A stretch of 64,000 nucleotides of DNA from Methanomethylovorans hollandica DSM 15978 (lineage in GTDB: Archaea > Halobacteriota > Methanosarcinia > Methanosarcinales > Methanosarcinaceae). The stretch lies in the NCBI RefSeq assembly GCF_000328665.1, contig NC_019977.1, positions 1,666,011-1,730,010 on the forward strand. The letters are read 5' to 3'. The position numbers and the translations under genes are program-made. The notes beneath the pieces are model-generated. The model was not told the DNA's origin. It did no database searches and worked only from the letters and a program-made list of their open reading frames with translations. Shown piece by piece: positions 1 through 9,967 of this stretch (positions within the stretch are counted from its first letter, which is position 1; every line of letters starts with the position of its first letter).

Positions 1-460
1 TAACACCTGCAATGGTCGCTGCGATCGCACTAATCAGCGTGTCCCTGTTTTTCACATGAGCCATTTCATGTGCCAGTACGCCCTCAAGCTCTTCTGTGGT
101 CAGAAGGTCCAATATACCTGTAGTGGCAGCTACAGCTGCATGCTTGGGATCTCTGCCGGTTGCAAAGGCATTGGGCATAGCCGTATGGACTATATAGACC
201 TTGGGCATGGGCATGTCTGCAAGGGTTGCAAGCTTCTTCACTATGTTGTGCAGTTGTGGATGTTCTGAAGCAGTTACCTCTTGTGCCTTGTACATGCGCA
301 GTACGATCTTATCACTGTACCAGTAAGTACCGAAGTTCATGATTATAGCAAATAAAAAGGCTATAATCATTCCCGAAGGCCCTCCGATGAGCCTTCCCAC
401 TATGACCAGCAGACCGGTCAAAGATGCCAATAACAAAGTTGTTTTTAGCATGTTTCCCAT
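1..460 (-). CDS. htpX: Zinc metalloprotease HtpX (M48), 5' part; runs off the window start
   Basis: Not in ORF track. Manual translation from ATG at 460: [18 protein letters not shown]...WYSDKIVL...[22 protein letters not shown]...[15 protein letters not shown] (HExxH). GAGG RBS upstream. Confidence 0.93.
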   Translation of the reverse strand, partial: MGNMLKTTLLLASLTGLLVIVGRLIGGPSGMIIAFLFAIIMNFGTYWYSDKIVLRMYKAQEVTASEHPQLHNIVKKLATLADMPMPKVYIVHTAMPNAFATGRDPKHAAVAATTGILDLLTTEELEGVLAHEMAHVKNRDTLISAIAATIAGV

Positions 461-590
461 ATTGTTTTTACCTCAAGGATCTCTTTTGAATTTCTCATAA
501 ATTTACATATACTATATGTATGTCCATCTATAAAAATAGATCTGCTCAGAATAAATATATAAATTTAGTGTAAAAAGTGGTATGTCACGC

Positions 591-860
591 TCACATCTCT
601 TCGATGGTGATGTTCTCCTCTTTTTCCATCTCAATGATAAGAGCTTCCAGTTCTTTCATTTCCTGCTCCATATCCTGTACCTCAGTGTCGGTTATACTTA
701 CATTGCCTTCCGATAATATCGCATCAGCAGCCGCAGTATTATTTGTAAGAGATATTTGAGATGAGGGTGCTTCAGAAGCAGTATCACTTTTATCTGCACA
801 TCCGGAAATTACAAGGCCACAGGCCATAATGACAAGGATATAAATACTAGCATATTTAAT
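591..860 (-). CDS. Small acidic lipoprotein, probable ATT start at 860 (track ORF starts at 827)
   Basis: Lipobox-like VISGC followed by an acidic tail. An in-frame ATT 8 nt after GGAGG gives a complete signal peptide (M)KYASIYILVIMACGLVISGC. Confidence 0.6.
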   Translation of the reverse strand: MKYASIYILVIMACGLVISGCADKSDTASEAPSSQISLTNNTAAADAILSEGNVSITDTEVQDMEQEMKELEALIIEMEKEENITIEEM

Positions 861-863
861 ATT

Positions 864-2153
864 TTATTCCTCCTGTGAACTATATTCTTCGGGACCACTT
901 TCAAATCGGGAAGCCCAGTGTTTGCTTTCTTCGCCAGTGACTGCCGTATATGTGCCTTCTCCTGAAAGTACAGTGCTTCCGTTTCCTTCGATTTTCAGAT
1001 CAAGTTCTGTACCTTTTATCATAACCGTAAGCCTGCTACCCGAAATGCTCACTTTGGCTGTAAGGTCAGAATATACCAGTGCTCTCTTTTGCTCAGCCTC
1101 AAGGGAATTATCTAGTTCCAGGACTATTTCAGAACCATTGCTGATCTTTATTTTTGCATCGCCTGCATGGTCCTTGATCACAAGCTGCGCATCATCTATT
1201 GTCATCTCTGCGGCTATATCTCCTGAAAGTACAGCAGTACCATTGCCTTTTGCCAGAAGTGTGCCATCACCATTAAGGGAAACTACTCCCTGCCTGTAAG
1301 TTTGAAGGATCCGAGATATCCTAGAGAGCACAGCATTTGCATCTTTGAGGTTCTCTGCCGAAGCACTCCAATATTTCCCTGAAGTGTCACCACCATTCTG
1401 ATACGTCTCTCTTGCACGTTCCCTATTCTGCCGGGCTTGTTCTATAAGACCATTGTATTCCAGGAGCAATTCTTCAAGTTCTGAAGTATCCTCTCCCTGA
1501 TTTTGAAGTATTTCCACTTCCAGCGAAAGGCGCTCTGAAAGAGAGGTGGACTTGTTCAGATAAATCTCAACTTTATCATCTACGAATTTTACCCTTGTCT
1601 TGTAGGCGTCTTTCACGGCATCTCTCCAGATATCATGAATATTCCTGGCCGACTTAGCGAGTTCCTTGGTTGTGGTAGCATTTTCAACAATATACTTTTC
1701 AGCATCAAGTTTAGAGATATGGTCATCGAGGTCAGCAATGATCTCATCGGCATCTTCTCTCTGAGATTCATCCACTTTCTCCTTAAGGTCTTCTAAATTA
1801 GATATTGTATAATCAATGGTTTCAAGCAAATAGGCCTGCCTTACCTCAAAAACTTCCTTTGAAGAAGCATTGATCTTACCACTGTTCATGTTGACATTTA
1901 TTTGCTGTAATTTTTCCTTTGCAGCAAAATAATCATCTCTGTTCTTTTGCTGTCTTTCAGTGGCACCTTTGTCATCCGGATCATCATTGCCACTTACCGA
2001 TACACGGTTCTGTTCCCCTCCCTGGTTCCCTGCTGCATTACCCTGGCTTCCCATCCCATTGTTGCCATTACCTCCTCCGGATGCAGCAAAGGCACCAGTT
2101 GAGAAAACACTCATCAACATCAGCATAATAGTAACGTAAGTAAATAATTTCAT
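864..2153 (-). CDS. Secreted protein: signal peptide, Gly/Asn linker, long helical/coiled-coil region, beta-rich C-terminal domain
   Basis: 429-aa ORF with N-terminal hydrophobic signal ending AFA; heptad-like middle; C-terminal repeats such as GNGTAVLSG / GNGSTVLSG. Confidence 0.75.
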   Translation of the reverse strand: MKLFTYVTIMLMLMSVFSTGAFAASGGGNGNNGMGSQGNAAGNQGGEQNRVSVSGNDDPDDKGATERQQKNRDDYFAAKEKLQQINVNMNSGKINASSKEVFEVRQAYLLETIDYTISNLEDLKEKVDESQREDADEIIADLDDHISKLDAEKYIVENATTTKELAKSARNIHDIWRDAVKDAYKTRVKFVDDKVEIYLNKSTSLSERLSLEVEILQNQGEDTSELEELLLEYNGLIEQARQNRERARETYQNGGDTSGKYWSASAENLKDANAVLSRISRILQTYRQGVVSLNGDGTLLAKGNGTAVLSGDIAAEMTIDDAQLVIKDHAGDAKIKISNGSEIVLELDNSLEAEQKRALVYSDLTAKVSISGSRLTVMIKGTELDLKIEGNGSTVLSGEGTYTAVTGEESKHWASRFESGPEEYSSQEE

Positions 2154-2162
2154 GACTTTCGT

Positions 2163-2216
2163 TTTTATCTCCCCTTGTATTTTTATCTCCCCTTATATTT
2201 TTATGTCCCCATGTAG
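2163..2216. repeat. Three tandem 18-bp imperfect repeats upstream of the 864-2153 gene
   Basis: ttttatctccccttgtat / ttttatctccccttatat / ttttatgtccccatgtag. Confidence 0.85.
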
Positions 2217-2313
2217 ATAGATATATTGATAAGCACTTTTAGTGGTTTAGTCGTTCTGTAGAAACCTACTACTGTAGAGATTCCTACAGAACCAAAGAAA
2301 TCATTTTTTCAAA

Positions 2314-2568
2314 TTATGATTCACTGTTGCAGTAATCATAGTTGTGTTCATAGTTGTAAGCTTTGGGGTCGCATACACCGGTGTTTATACATTCTCCATC
2401 ACAGATTCTATCACGGTCGCAGTCTTCAATGCAATTCCCATTATTGGCCATCTTTCCTCCATTCCCGCCTTCTCCTGCTTTTCCAGACACTGCTCCGATC
2501 ACCAACATGCTCACGATCAGGAGTGCAACGGAAATATAAGTGATTGTTCGTATAGTTCTCAGTTCCAT
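2314..2568 (-). CDS. Small secreted Cys-rich protein
   Basis: 84 aa; signal peptide, Gly-rich linker, six Cys in the C-terminal half; AGGAG RBS upstream. Confidence 0.7.
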   Translation of the reverse strand: MELRTIRTITYISVALLIVSMLVIGAVSGKAGEGGNGGKMANNGNCIEDCDRDRICDGECINTGVCDPKAYNYEHNYDYCNSES

Positions 2569-2776
2569 TTCTCCTTTGTTCTAGATAAGACGTTTTTCGT
2601 CAATTACTATGTAAGGATATTCAAATAAATACATACTTTACTTTATAGCTGTTTTTCTTTTATATGAAGAAGGATATAAGGGTTAATTTGCTTTATTTTA
2701 CTTGAATAAACTTTATAAATGCCCAGATGACAGATGATGGAAAAGATTTACATATCTTGTTGGTTAATATAAAATT

Positions 2777-3589
2777 GTGCCTTCCAAAAAAACTAAAAAT
2801 AGAATATATCATTTGTTGATACTTATATTCTTATGTTTGTTTGTTCTCCCAATGGCGGAGGCCGCGGAAGTCGCAACAGTCCATGGTGCAGTATATGATT
2901 GGGAGACCTTCAAGCTTCTGGAGAACACAATTGTTGAAGTGAACTCCACACCTCCGCAGTCACAGGTAGCCAAATATGGTCTCTACTCCTTTGATCTGCC
3001 GATGGGCATCTACATCCTCAAAGCAAGTTATTATGAGAATGGTGAACTGGCCTCATACAGAGAAGAAATGCTCAATATTACAGATGGAGGAGACTATCTG
3101 CTGGACATGTTGCTTCTACCGGCTTATCCTGAAAGCAATTTGAATGATAGTGACCTTCCGGAGATTCCGACACTGATAGAAGAAGAAAATCCCCTTCCGG
3201 GGAATAATGGCTCTAAAAGCACCATTTTCTTAATAGTGGCAGGCTCGTTGCTAATTGCAGGTGCAATCGTATTTTTGGTATTGAAAAAGAAACAAAGTTC
3301 TCAGAAAGCCTATCTGGAAACCAGTTTATATGAAACTGAATACTCAGGTTCAGAGAATACAACTGATGATGGTGTATCGCTGCCGCAAGACCTTCAACAG
3401 GTAGTCAACATCATAAAAGCCAATGGAGGACGTATTACTCAAAGAGAACTTCGTAACAAGATACATTATTCAGAGGCTAAAGTAAGCCTTATGATATCTG
3501 ATCTTGAGAACAGGGGCATTGTCGAGAAATATAAAAAAGGAAGGGGTAACATCATAGTACTCAAATATGCAGAACACCAAAATATATAA
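2777..3589 (+). CDS. Membrane-anchored regulator: extracellular beta-sandwich, one TM helix, C-terminal winged HTH (COG2512-like)
   Basis: Signal peptide, TM segment IFLIVAGSLLIAGAIVFLVL, C-terminal GGRITQRELRNKIHYSEAKVSLMISDLENRGIVEKYKKGRGNII. Confidence 0.8.
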   Translation: MPSKKTKNRIYHLLILIFLCLFVLPMAEAAEVATVHGAVYDWETFKLLENTIVEVNSTPPQSQVAKYGLYSFDLPMGIYILKASYYENGELASYREEMLNITDGGDYLLDMLLLPAYPESNLNDSDLPEIPTLIEEENPLPGNNGSKSTIFLIVAGSLLIAGAIVFLVLKKKQSSQKAYLETSLYETEYSGSENTTDDGVSLPQDLQQVVNIIKANGGRITQRELRNKIHYSEAKVSLMISDLENRGIVEKYKKGRGNIIVLKYAEHQNI

Positions 3590-3650
3590 TTGTGTTAAGT
3601 ACCTATGTTTTTCAAAATAGATAATCATTTCAAATAAAACGAGGCAGCAC

Positions 3651-4157
3651 ATGCGAGTTTCTATGGATATAGAATTACAGGATGCTCCAGGACAACTGGT
3701 GCATGCACTGAAGCCAATATCTGAGTTCAGGGGCAACCTGGTCTCTGTGGTACATCATCATGAGAAAAGAACTCCAAGAGGTACCATTCCTGTACAAGTG
3801 GTATTTGAGACAGAGTCCCTGAGCATAACTACTCTTATAACCAAGCTGGAAAATCTTGGTGTGGGAGTGATCCGGGTAAATGAAGAGAGGTATCTAGAAA
3901 GAGGGACAGTCGTGCTCATAGGTCATATAGTGCACACAGACCTGGAAGACACTATCGATACGATTGATAAAACTGGATATGCAGAAGTAGTTGAACTGCA
4001 TCTTTCTATGCCCAGCATAAATAAATCATCCTCTGCCTCATTCAAGCTTGATGCCGTCGGAAAGAAAGAATTGAGGGATGCAATATCATTGCTAAGGTCG
4101 ATAGCCCAGAAAAAAGACCTTGTGCTGATAGAACCCATTGAGAGTGAGATCCTGTGA
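3651..4157 (+). CDS. ACT-domain protein associated with homoserine dehydrogenase
   Basis: ELQDAPGQL ACT signature; lies directly upstream of hom. Confidence 0.85.
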   Translation: MRVSMDIELQDAPGQLVHALKPISEFRGNLVSVVHHHEKRTPRGTIPVQVVFETESLSITTLITKLENLGVGVIRVNEERYLERGTVVLIGHIVHTDLEDTIDTIDKTGYAEVVELHLSMPSINKSSSASFKLDAVGKKELRDAISLLRSIAQKKDLVLIEPIESEIL

Positions 4158-4166
4158 GGTCATAAA

Positions 4167-5162
4167 ATGAAAACAATAAAGGCATCAATAATTGGTTTTG
4201 GCTCTGTTGGACAGGGAGTGGCAAGAGTATTGCTCCGCAAGAAAGAGGAATTCAGATCAATTGGCCTTGAAATTATGGTTGTGGCAGTGGCAGATTCAAA
4301 GACTGCTGTAGTTGATCTGGAAGGTGTGGACCTTGCAACGGTGCTTGAGCGCAAGGAATCAGAAGGTGTGGTGGGTGATGCCCATATCACAGGCCATGAT
4401 ATCATCCGTGACATAGAACACGATCTGGTCATAGAAACAACTCCTACTAATATAGATACCGGTGGTGTGGGACTGCAGAACATGCTTACTGCATTCAGTA
4501 AAAAAAGGCATGTGGTAACATCCAATAAAGGACCACTTGCTTTAAAATACAGGGAACTTGCAGCACTGGCAGAGAAGTCTGGTTGCGCTTTCAGGTTTGA
4601 AGCAACCGTGGGAGGTGCAATGCCTTTGCTCAATCTTGTGAGGGATACTCTGGCAGGTAATGATGTTATCAGTATAGAAGGCATATTCAATGGCACCTGT
4701 AATTATATCCTTACTCGTATGATGGAAGAGCACGCAACCTATGAGCTCATGCTTGCAGAGGCACAGGAACTGGGTATAGCGGAAAAGGACCCTGCCTATG
4801 ACGTGGAAGGCATAGACACAGCATGCAAGCTTGTGATCCTTGCAAATGCTATTTTTGGAATAGATGCCACGTACAAAGATGTGCAGGTTACAGGTATCTC
4901 TCGCATCACTCCTGAGGCGTTGATGCTGGCCGAGACCGATGGTTATGTTATAAAGCTCATAGGAGAGGTCAACAAGCAGAGGATCCAGGTAGCTCCACGG
5001 CTTGTACCAATAGGCCATCCGCTAGCGGTAGGTGGAACTATGAATGTAGCCTCGCTGCAAACCGATCTTGCCGGACCCGTTATAGTTGTTGGCAGAGGTG
5101 CAGGTTCCATAGAGACAGCAAGCGCTATTCTCAGCGATATTGTTTCCATTTGCAAGGAATAA
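4167..5162 (+). CDS. hom: Homoserine dehydrogenase
   Basis: [48 protein letters not shown] motifs. Confidence 0.96.
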   Translation: MKTIKASIIGFGSVGQGVARVLLRKKEEFRSIGLEIMVVAVADSKTAVVDLEGVDLATVLERKESEGVVGDAHITGHDIIRDIEHDLVIETTPTNIDTGGVGLQNMLTAFSKKRHVVTSNKGPLALKYRELAALAEKSGCAFRFEATVGGAMPLLNLVRDTLAGNDVISIEGIFNGTCNYILTRMMEEHATYELMLAEAQELGIAEKDPAYDVEGIDTACKLVILANAIFGIDATYKDVQVTGISRITPEALMLAETDGYVIKLIGEVNKQRIQVAPRLVPIGHPLAVGGTMNVASLQTDLAGPVIVVGRGAGSIETASAILSDIVSICKE

Positions 5163-5174
5163 AAGCTGATCACA

Positions 5175-6860
5175 ATGACAAGCTTCAGGGAGTTCTGCAG
5201 GACATGTAAAGTCATAGAAGAAACAGCCGGATCTCTGGATATGACAGCTCTTGTGGCAGAGCTCTTCTCTCTTGTGACAAGTGAGGAGTTGCCGGTAGTA
5301 ACTCATTTTGTCATGGGCGAAGTCTTTCCCGCATGGAGTGATGAAGAAGTAGGCCTGGGCACAGGTATTCTTCTCAATGCACTTTCCAAATCATCAGGTC
5401 TGCCAGTGAAGGAAATAGAAGACGTAGTAAGGGAAACCGGAGATATAGGCAAGACTACAGTGAAAGTTCTGGGCAAAATATCTAAGGGGCAGGCTACTTT
5501 TTCTTCGTTTTTAGACTCACCTGTGGAACTAAGCATCATGGAAGTCTATGAAAGATTCAAGGACATAGCCCATGCAACAGGCAAGGGGTCCCAGACATCC
5601 AGGATAAAGCATCTACAATATCTTTTTAACTCGGCGTCTGCTGAAGATGTTGGGTATATAGCCAGGCTTGCCATAGAGGACATGAGGATAGGTGTGGGAG
5701 AAGGTATTGTCAGGGATGCCATTGCAAAGGCTTTTGAAGTTCCCGTAGCATCCGTTGAAAGAGGCTTCATGCTCACTAATGACATGGGAATTGTGGCTGT
5801 CACTGCAAAAGAAGGTGGTGATGAGGCTCTTTTAGAATTAGGATTGCAGATAGGCAGGCCTATAAAACTAATGCTTGCACAAGTAACACCGGATATTGAA
5901 ACTGCTATAAGGGAGCTGGGAGTTGTCGCTGCAGAGTGGAAATTTGATGGTGCCAGGGTGCAGATACATAAAAAGGGCGATGAGGTCATCCTCTACTCCC
6001 GGCGCCTGGAGAACATCACAGGCTCGCTTCCCGACATTGTATCGTCAGTAAAGAGGGCAGTAAAAGCTGATTCTGCCATACTTGACGGGGAGGCTGTGGC
6101 GATTGACGAAAATGGAAGACCGAAACCATTCCAGGAGATCCTTAAGCGTCTCAGACGTAAACATGATGTACAGAACAAGGTAAGACACATACCACTTATT
6201 CTTAACCTTTTTGACATCATGTACCTTGATGGTGAAAGCCTTATAGAGCTCCCCCTGCAAAAGAGACGGGAATTCCTTGTAGCCTCTGTAGAGAACGATG
6301 ATCTCGTCCGCGTGGACAGCCAGCTCATAACATCAGACCTTTCACAGATAGAAAACATGTATGAACAGGCATTGAGTGCAGGTCATGAAGGCATTATGAT
6401 AAAGAACCCTGCATCTCCATATTCACCGGGAAAGCGGGGAAAGAACTGGCTTAAGAAAAAACCAGTTATGGAAACTCTGGACCTTGTAGTAATAGGGGCG
6501 GAATGGGGCTATGGCAGAAGGACAAGTTTTCTTGGTTCTTATGCATTGGCCTGTCATGACCCTGACACAGGCCAGTTCCTGCCGGTAGGTAAAGTGGCCA
6601 CCGGAATATCTGATGAGCAACTGGCAGAACTAACAGAAATGTTCAGGGAACATGTCATTTCAGGATCCGGTACTAGTGTGGAGATCAGACCGCATATACT
6701 CTTTGAAGTGGCTTTCGAAGAGATACAGAAGAGCACGAACTATGAGTCTGGATATGCATTGCGCTTTCCACGGCTTGTACGTGTAAGAGATGATAAGTCA
6801 CTGGAAGAGGTTGACACGCTGGAACGTCTTGAGGACATGTACAGGACCCAGCGTAAATGA
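5175..6860 (+). CDS. lig: ATP-dependent DNA ligase
   Basis: [12 protein letters not shown] (motif I), LDGE, EGIMIK, WLKKK, LRFPR. Confidence 0.97.
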   Translation: MTSFREFCRTCKVIEETAGSLDMTALVAELFSLVTSEELPVVTHFVMGEVFPAWSDEEVGLGTGILLNALSKSSGLPVKEIEDVVRETGDIGKTTVKVLGKISKGQATFSSFLDSPVELSIMEVYERFKDIAHATGKGSQTSRIKHLQYLFNSASAEDVGYIARLAIEDMRIGVGEGIVRDAIAKAFEVPVASVERGFMLTNDMGIVAVTAKEGGDEALLELGLQIGRPIKLMLAQVTPDIETAIRELGVVAAEWKFDGARVQIHKKGDEVILYSRRLENITGSLPDIVSSVKRAVKADSAILDGEAVAIDENGRPKPFQEILKRLRRKHDVQNKVRHIPLILNLFDIMYLDGESLIELPLQKRREFLVASVENDDLVRVDSQLITSDLSQIENMYEQALSAGHEGIMIKNPASPYSPGKRGKNWLKKKPVMETLDLVVIGAEWGYGRRTSFLGSYALACHDPDTGQFLPVGKVATGISDEQLAELTEMFREHVISGSGTSVEIRPHILFEVAFEEIQKSTNYESGYALRFPRLVRVRDDKSLEEVDTLERLEDMYRTQRK

Positions 6861-6936
6861 GCATTCATAAGGTCATTAGAGTGTACTTTTTTGTTTCAAA
6901 AAGTATTATACCTATCACCCCATAACTTACAATCAT

Positions 6937-7308
6937 ATGAAAAATAAGTTGCTTGTAAGTATAGTGCTGATATCTTTTCTGGCATTTTCTGGATGTACAG
7001 ACAAAGAAAACATGCCGGATACTGGCAGTAATACCAGTACAAATGTATCTGTAGATGACACAAAATACTTTGAAATATACATTGATAATTATGCCTTCCA
7101 TCCTCAATCCATCACTATTTCCCGGGGCGATACGATAAGGTGGACAAACAATGATTCAGTGCCATTCATTGTCAAAAGCAGTGTATTCCAGTCCCCCACA
7201 CTGACCAAAGACATGACCTTCACCTACACTTTCCATGAGAGACGTACATATAACTATTATCTTGCCACACATCCTTATACACAAAGTGGAACAATAGTGG
7301 TGGAGTAA
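6937..7308 (+). CDS. Cupredoxin/amicyanin-like lipoprotein with degenerate copper site
   Basis: Lipobox FSGC; FHPQSITISRGDTIRWTNNDS; FTYTF...YNYY..HP...GTIVVE fold pattern. Confidence 0.8.
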   Translation: MKNKLLVSIVLISFLAFSGCTDKENMPDTGSNTSTNVSVDDTKYFEIYIDNYAFHPQSITISRGDTIRWTNNDSVPFIVKSSVFQSPTLTKDMTFTYTFHERRTYNYYLATHPYTQSGTIVVE

Positions 7309-7402
7309 AAAAACAGGTTCTGTCATATAATTTTCTTTTTTGGAAGAATTGAATAACTTGTGGCTATATATGACACGGAAATTGAGATGGAGAGGACATT
7401 CT

Positions 7403-8620
7403 ATGGTAAACGCCGAAAATACTAAAGAGAAGCTTGATCCCAAACTTTACATCCTTTCCATTTCCAAGTTATTCAAAGATATGGGCACAGGTATACTTGC
7501 TTTTCTTATACCTCTGTACATAGTTCAAACCCATAGCTTCTTTGCACCGGGAATTCCCGATGTTGTAAAAGCAGGCATAGTAGCCACAGTATTTGGATTT
7601 AGCAATGCATTTTCCCAACCATTTTCAGGCAGATTATCAGACAGGCTGGATAAAAGAAAGTCTTTTGTAATATTCGGCCTTGCAGGTTTCATGGTGGTCT
7701 CGGTGCTTTATTCTCATGTTTCTATGTTCGAGCACGTGGTGCTTCTAAGAGCAGTACAGGGGATAACCGTCGGTGCAACAGTACCTGCCATCGTGGCAAT
7801 GGTGACACATTTCTCAACATCCGGCACCAGGGGTAGAGCTATAGGCATATATTCAAGCATGAGGGGATTCGGTTATGGTATAGGTGCAATGATCGGTGGT
7901 ATAGTAGCTACCTATTTTGGATTCACTGCCGGATTCTATTTGTGTGCTCTTCTGGGTTTTATAAGTTTACTACTTGTGCAGTTATTCGTGGGTGAGACAC
8001 ATAACAGGCATGAAAAAAGAAGAACAAAAGACCAGAATAATGATGGAGCATCACAGTTCCATGCCCTGTCCTTTGCAATGTTCATTATAATGGTCGGGAT
8101 CATGATAATATTCGCTTTTCTCCCGGAATACGAGGTCCGCCTGCAAGCCTCGGAACTTTCTCTCAGTATTGCAGTGTCCGCATATGTCATTTCCAGAGTG
8201 ATACTGCAAACTCCCATTGGTGTGCTCTCTGACAGATATGGACGCAAAAGGCTGATACTATACGGCCTGCTCCTGAATATACCAGTAGTGCTGGGATTAG
8301 GATATGTAACCAGGGTAGAAGAGCTCATAGTGCTGCGTGCCTTGCAGGGACTTTGCATGGCTTCTGTGGAAACCCCTGTCATGGCCCTTGCAGTGGAACT
8401 TGCAGGAGGTGCTTCCGTAAGTTCACGGATAAGCTCCATCACCAGCGCACAGGCAGCAGGTACAGCTTTTGGTCCCCTTATAGGAGGATTCCTTGGAGGA
8501 TATGTATCTTTCACAATGCCTTTCTATGTATGCGCAGCCATGATGGCCATCTCACTGCTAGTGGTTATGTATATGGTTACAGAACCAAAACTCACTACCA
8601 ATGCCAGCCCTGATGCATGA
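7403..8620 (+). CDS. MFS transporter
   Basis: About 12 hydrophobic segments; GRLSDRLDKRK and GVLSDRYGRK motif A copies. ATG 7403 follows GGAGAGG. Confidence 0.9.
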   Translation: MVNAENTKEKLDPKLYILSISKLFKDMGTGILAFLIPLYIVQTHSFFAPGIPDVVKAGIVATVFGFSNAFSQPFSGRLSDRLDKRKSFVIFGLAGFMVVSVLYSHVSMFEHVVLLRAVQGITVGATVPAIVAMVTHFSTSGTRGRAIGIYSSMRGFGYGIGAMIGGIVATYFGFTAGFYLCALLGFISLLLVQLFVGETHNRHEKRRTKDQNNDGASQFHALSFAMFIIMVGIMIIFAFLPEYEVRLQASELSLSIAVSAYVISRVILQTPIGVLSDRYGRKRLILYGLLLNIPVVLGLGYVTRVEELIVLRALQGLCMASVETPVMALAVELAGGASVSSRISSITSAQAAGTAFGPLIGGFLGGYVSFTMPFYVCAAMMAISLLVVMYMVTEPKLTTNASPDA

Positions 8621-8656
8621 AGGTTATAATGAGAATTGGTATCTAAAGAGTTATGT

Positions 8657-9967
8657 TCAGCCGACAACACTCATATCAGCTATCCGAAGCGAAGGCGTTA
8701 CTGTGCCGCCTACTTGCCTCAGATCCTTACCGGCACCATTTATAGTCCTAAGAATATTGAAAACATTTCCTGACAGCATAAGAGATCTGATAGGACTTGA
8801 AAGCTCTCCTTTCTCGATGATGAAGGCATTCCGTGCTTCTACTGAAAAGTCACCTGATAGGTAATTAGCGGTATGTGCTCCGATGACCGTGTTAATGTAG
8901 ATCCCTTTATCCGTGTCTTCGATCACATTGCTTTGTTCATGTCCAATAATAAAATTGCGTGTCCCTACAGAGGGAGGTGAGGAATAGGAATGTCTTGAAG
9001 CGTTGCCTGTACTGCTTATACCTTCCTTGCCTGCAGTATAGGTATCATATAGATAGGACTTGAAAACACCTTTATCTATTACAGGAGTTGTCTGGGAAGG
9101 AATACCTTCATCATCCGCCATAGCTGTCTCAAGACCCCCTTCAAGAAGTCCATCGTCTGTTATAGATAACTTCTCACTTGCAATCATTTCTCCTTTACGT
9201 CCAATGAGACTGGACCTGCCTTTTTGAACATTGTCTGCATCAATAGCAGAGGAAAAGATACCTGTCAGAAGATCAGCAACTGCAAATGGATGCAGAATGA
9301 TCTCTGTACGGTGAGGTTCAATGGAAATACCATTCTTTGACATGGATGCAAGTTCAGAAGCAGCCTTGCCCAAATTGAAAAAATCAATGTCCATTTTTCT
9401 AGACATGTCGTATTCATAGGCAGTGGTAGGTTCTTCCTGACCAGTTATAACATCTACGAACCCGCTTATTGCTGTTCCTCTGTCCTCTACCTCTATGCCA
9501 TTACTATTTAATATCAAACGCCTGCTTACCACACGGGAAAACGAGCCTGCAGTTACAAGCACTTCAGGTAAAGATGATGCTCCTGCCAGCATGTTAGTGG
9601 AAAACTCTATACATTCGTCAAGTTCCATATCTTTGATACGGGGATCGAACGCACCCTTTATTTCGGGATACTTCCCATCAGTTGGAAAAGACTTCCATGC
9701 AGGATCCGTTCCTCTGATCCTGGCAGAGGAAACTGCTGTCCTTGCAGCTTCTTCCATTTTAGTGTCTATATTGGTACTTGAGAAACCAACAGCACCGTTA
9801 ACAACTGCACGAATTCCCATTCCTTTATTTATGTTTTCCCTGGAACCTTCGATCACGCCTTTGCGAATGTCTATACTGGTCATTTCGCTTTTGACCAGAT
9901 AGACCTCAGCCTCGTCGGCACCTGCTTTGAGGGCAGCACGGAGGGCTTTTCTTGCAATGTCATACAT
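8657..9967 (-). CDS. pmbA: TldD/PmbA family protein (PmbA/TldE subunit)
   Basis: GADEAEVY, GMGIRAVVNGAVGFS, DDEG, SGDFSV motifs; no HExxxH; abuts tldD. Confidence 0.9.
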   Translation of the reverse strand: MYDIARKALRAALKAGADEAEVYLVKSEMTSIDIRKGVIEGSRENINKGMGIRAVVNGAVGFSSTNIDTKMEEAARTAVSSARIRGTDPAWKSFPTDGKYPEIKGAFDPRIKDMELDECIEFSTNMLAGASSLPEVLVTAGSFSRVVSRRLILNSNGIEVEDRGTAISGFVDVITGQEEPTTAYEYDMSRKMDIDFFNLGKAASELASMSKNGISIEPHRTEIILHPFAVADLLTGIFSSAIDADNVQKGRSSLIGRKGEMIASEKLSITDDGLLEGGLETAMADDEGIPSQTTPVIDKGVFKSYLYDTYTAGKEGISSTGNASRHSYSSPPSVGTRNFIIGHEQSNVIEDTDKGIYINTVIGAHTANYLSGDFSVEARNAFIIEKGELSSPIRSLMLSGNVFNILRTINGAGKDLRQVGGTVTPSLRIADMSVVG

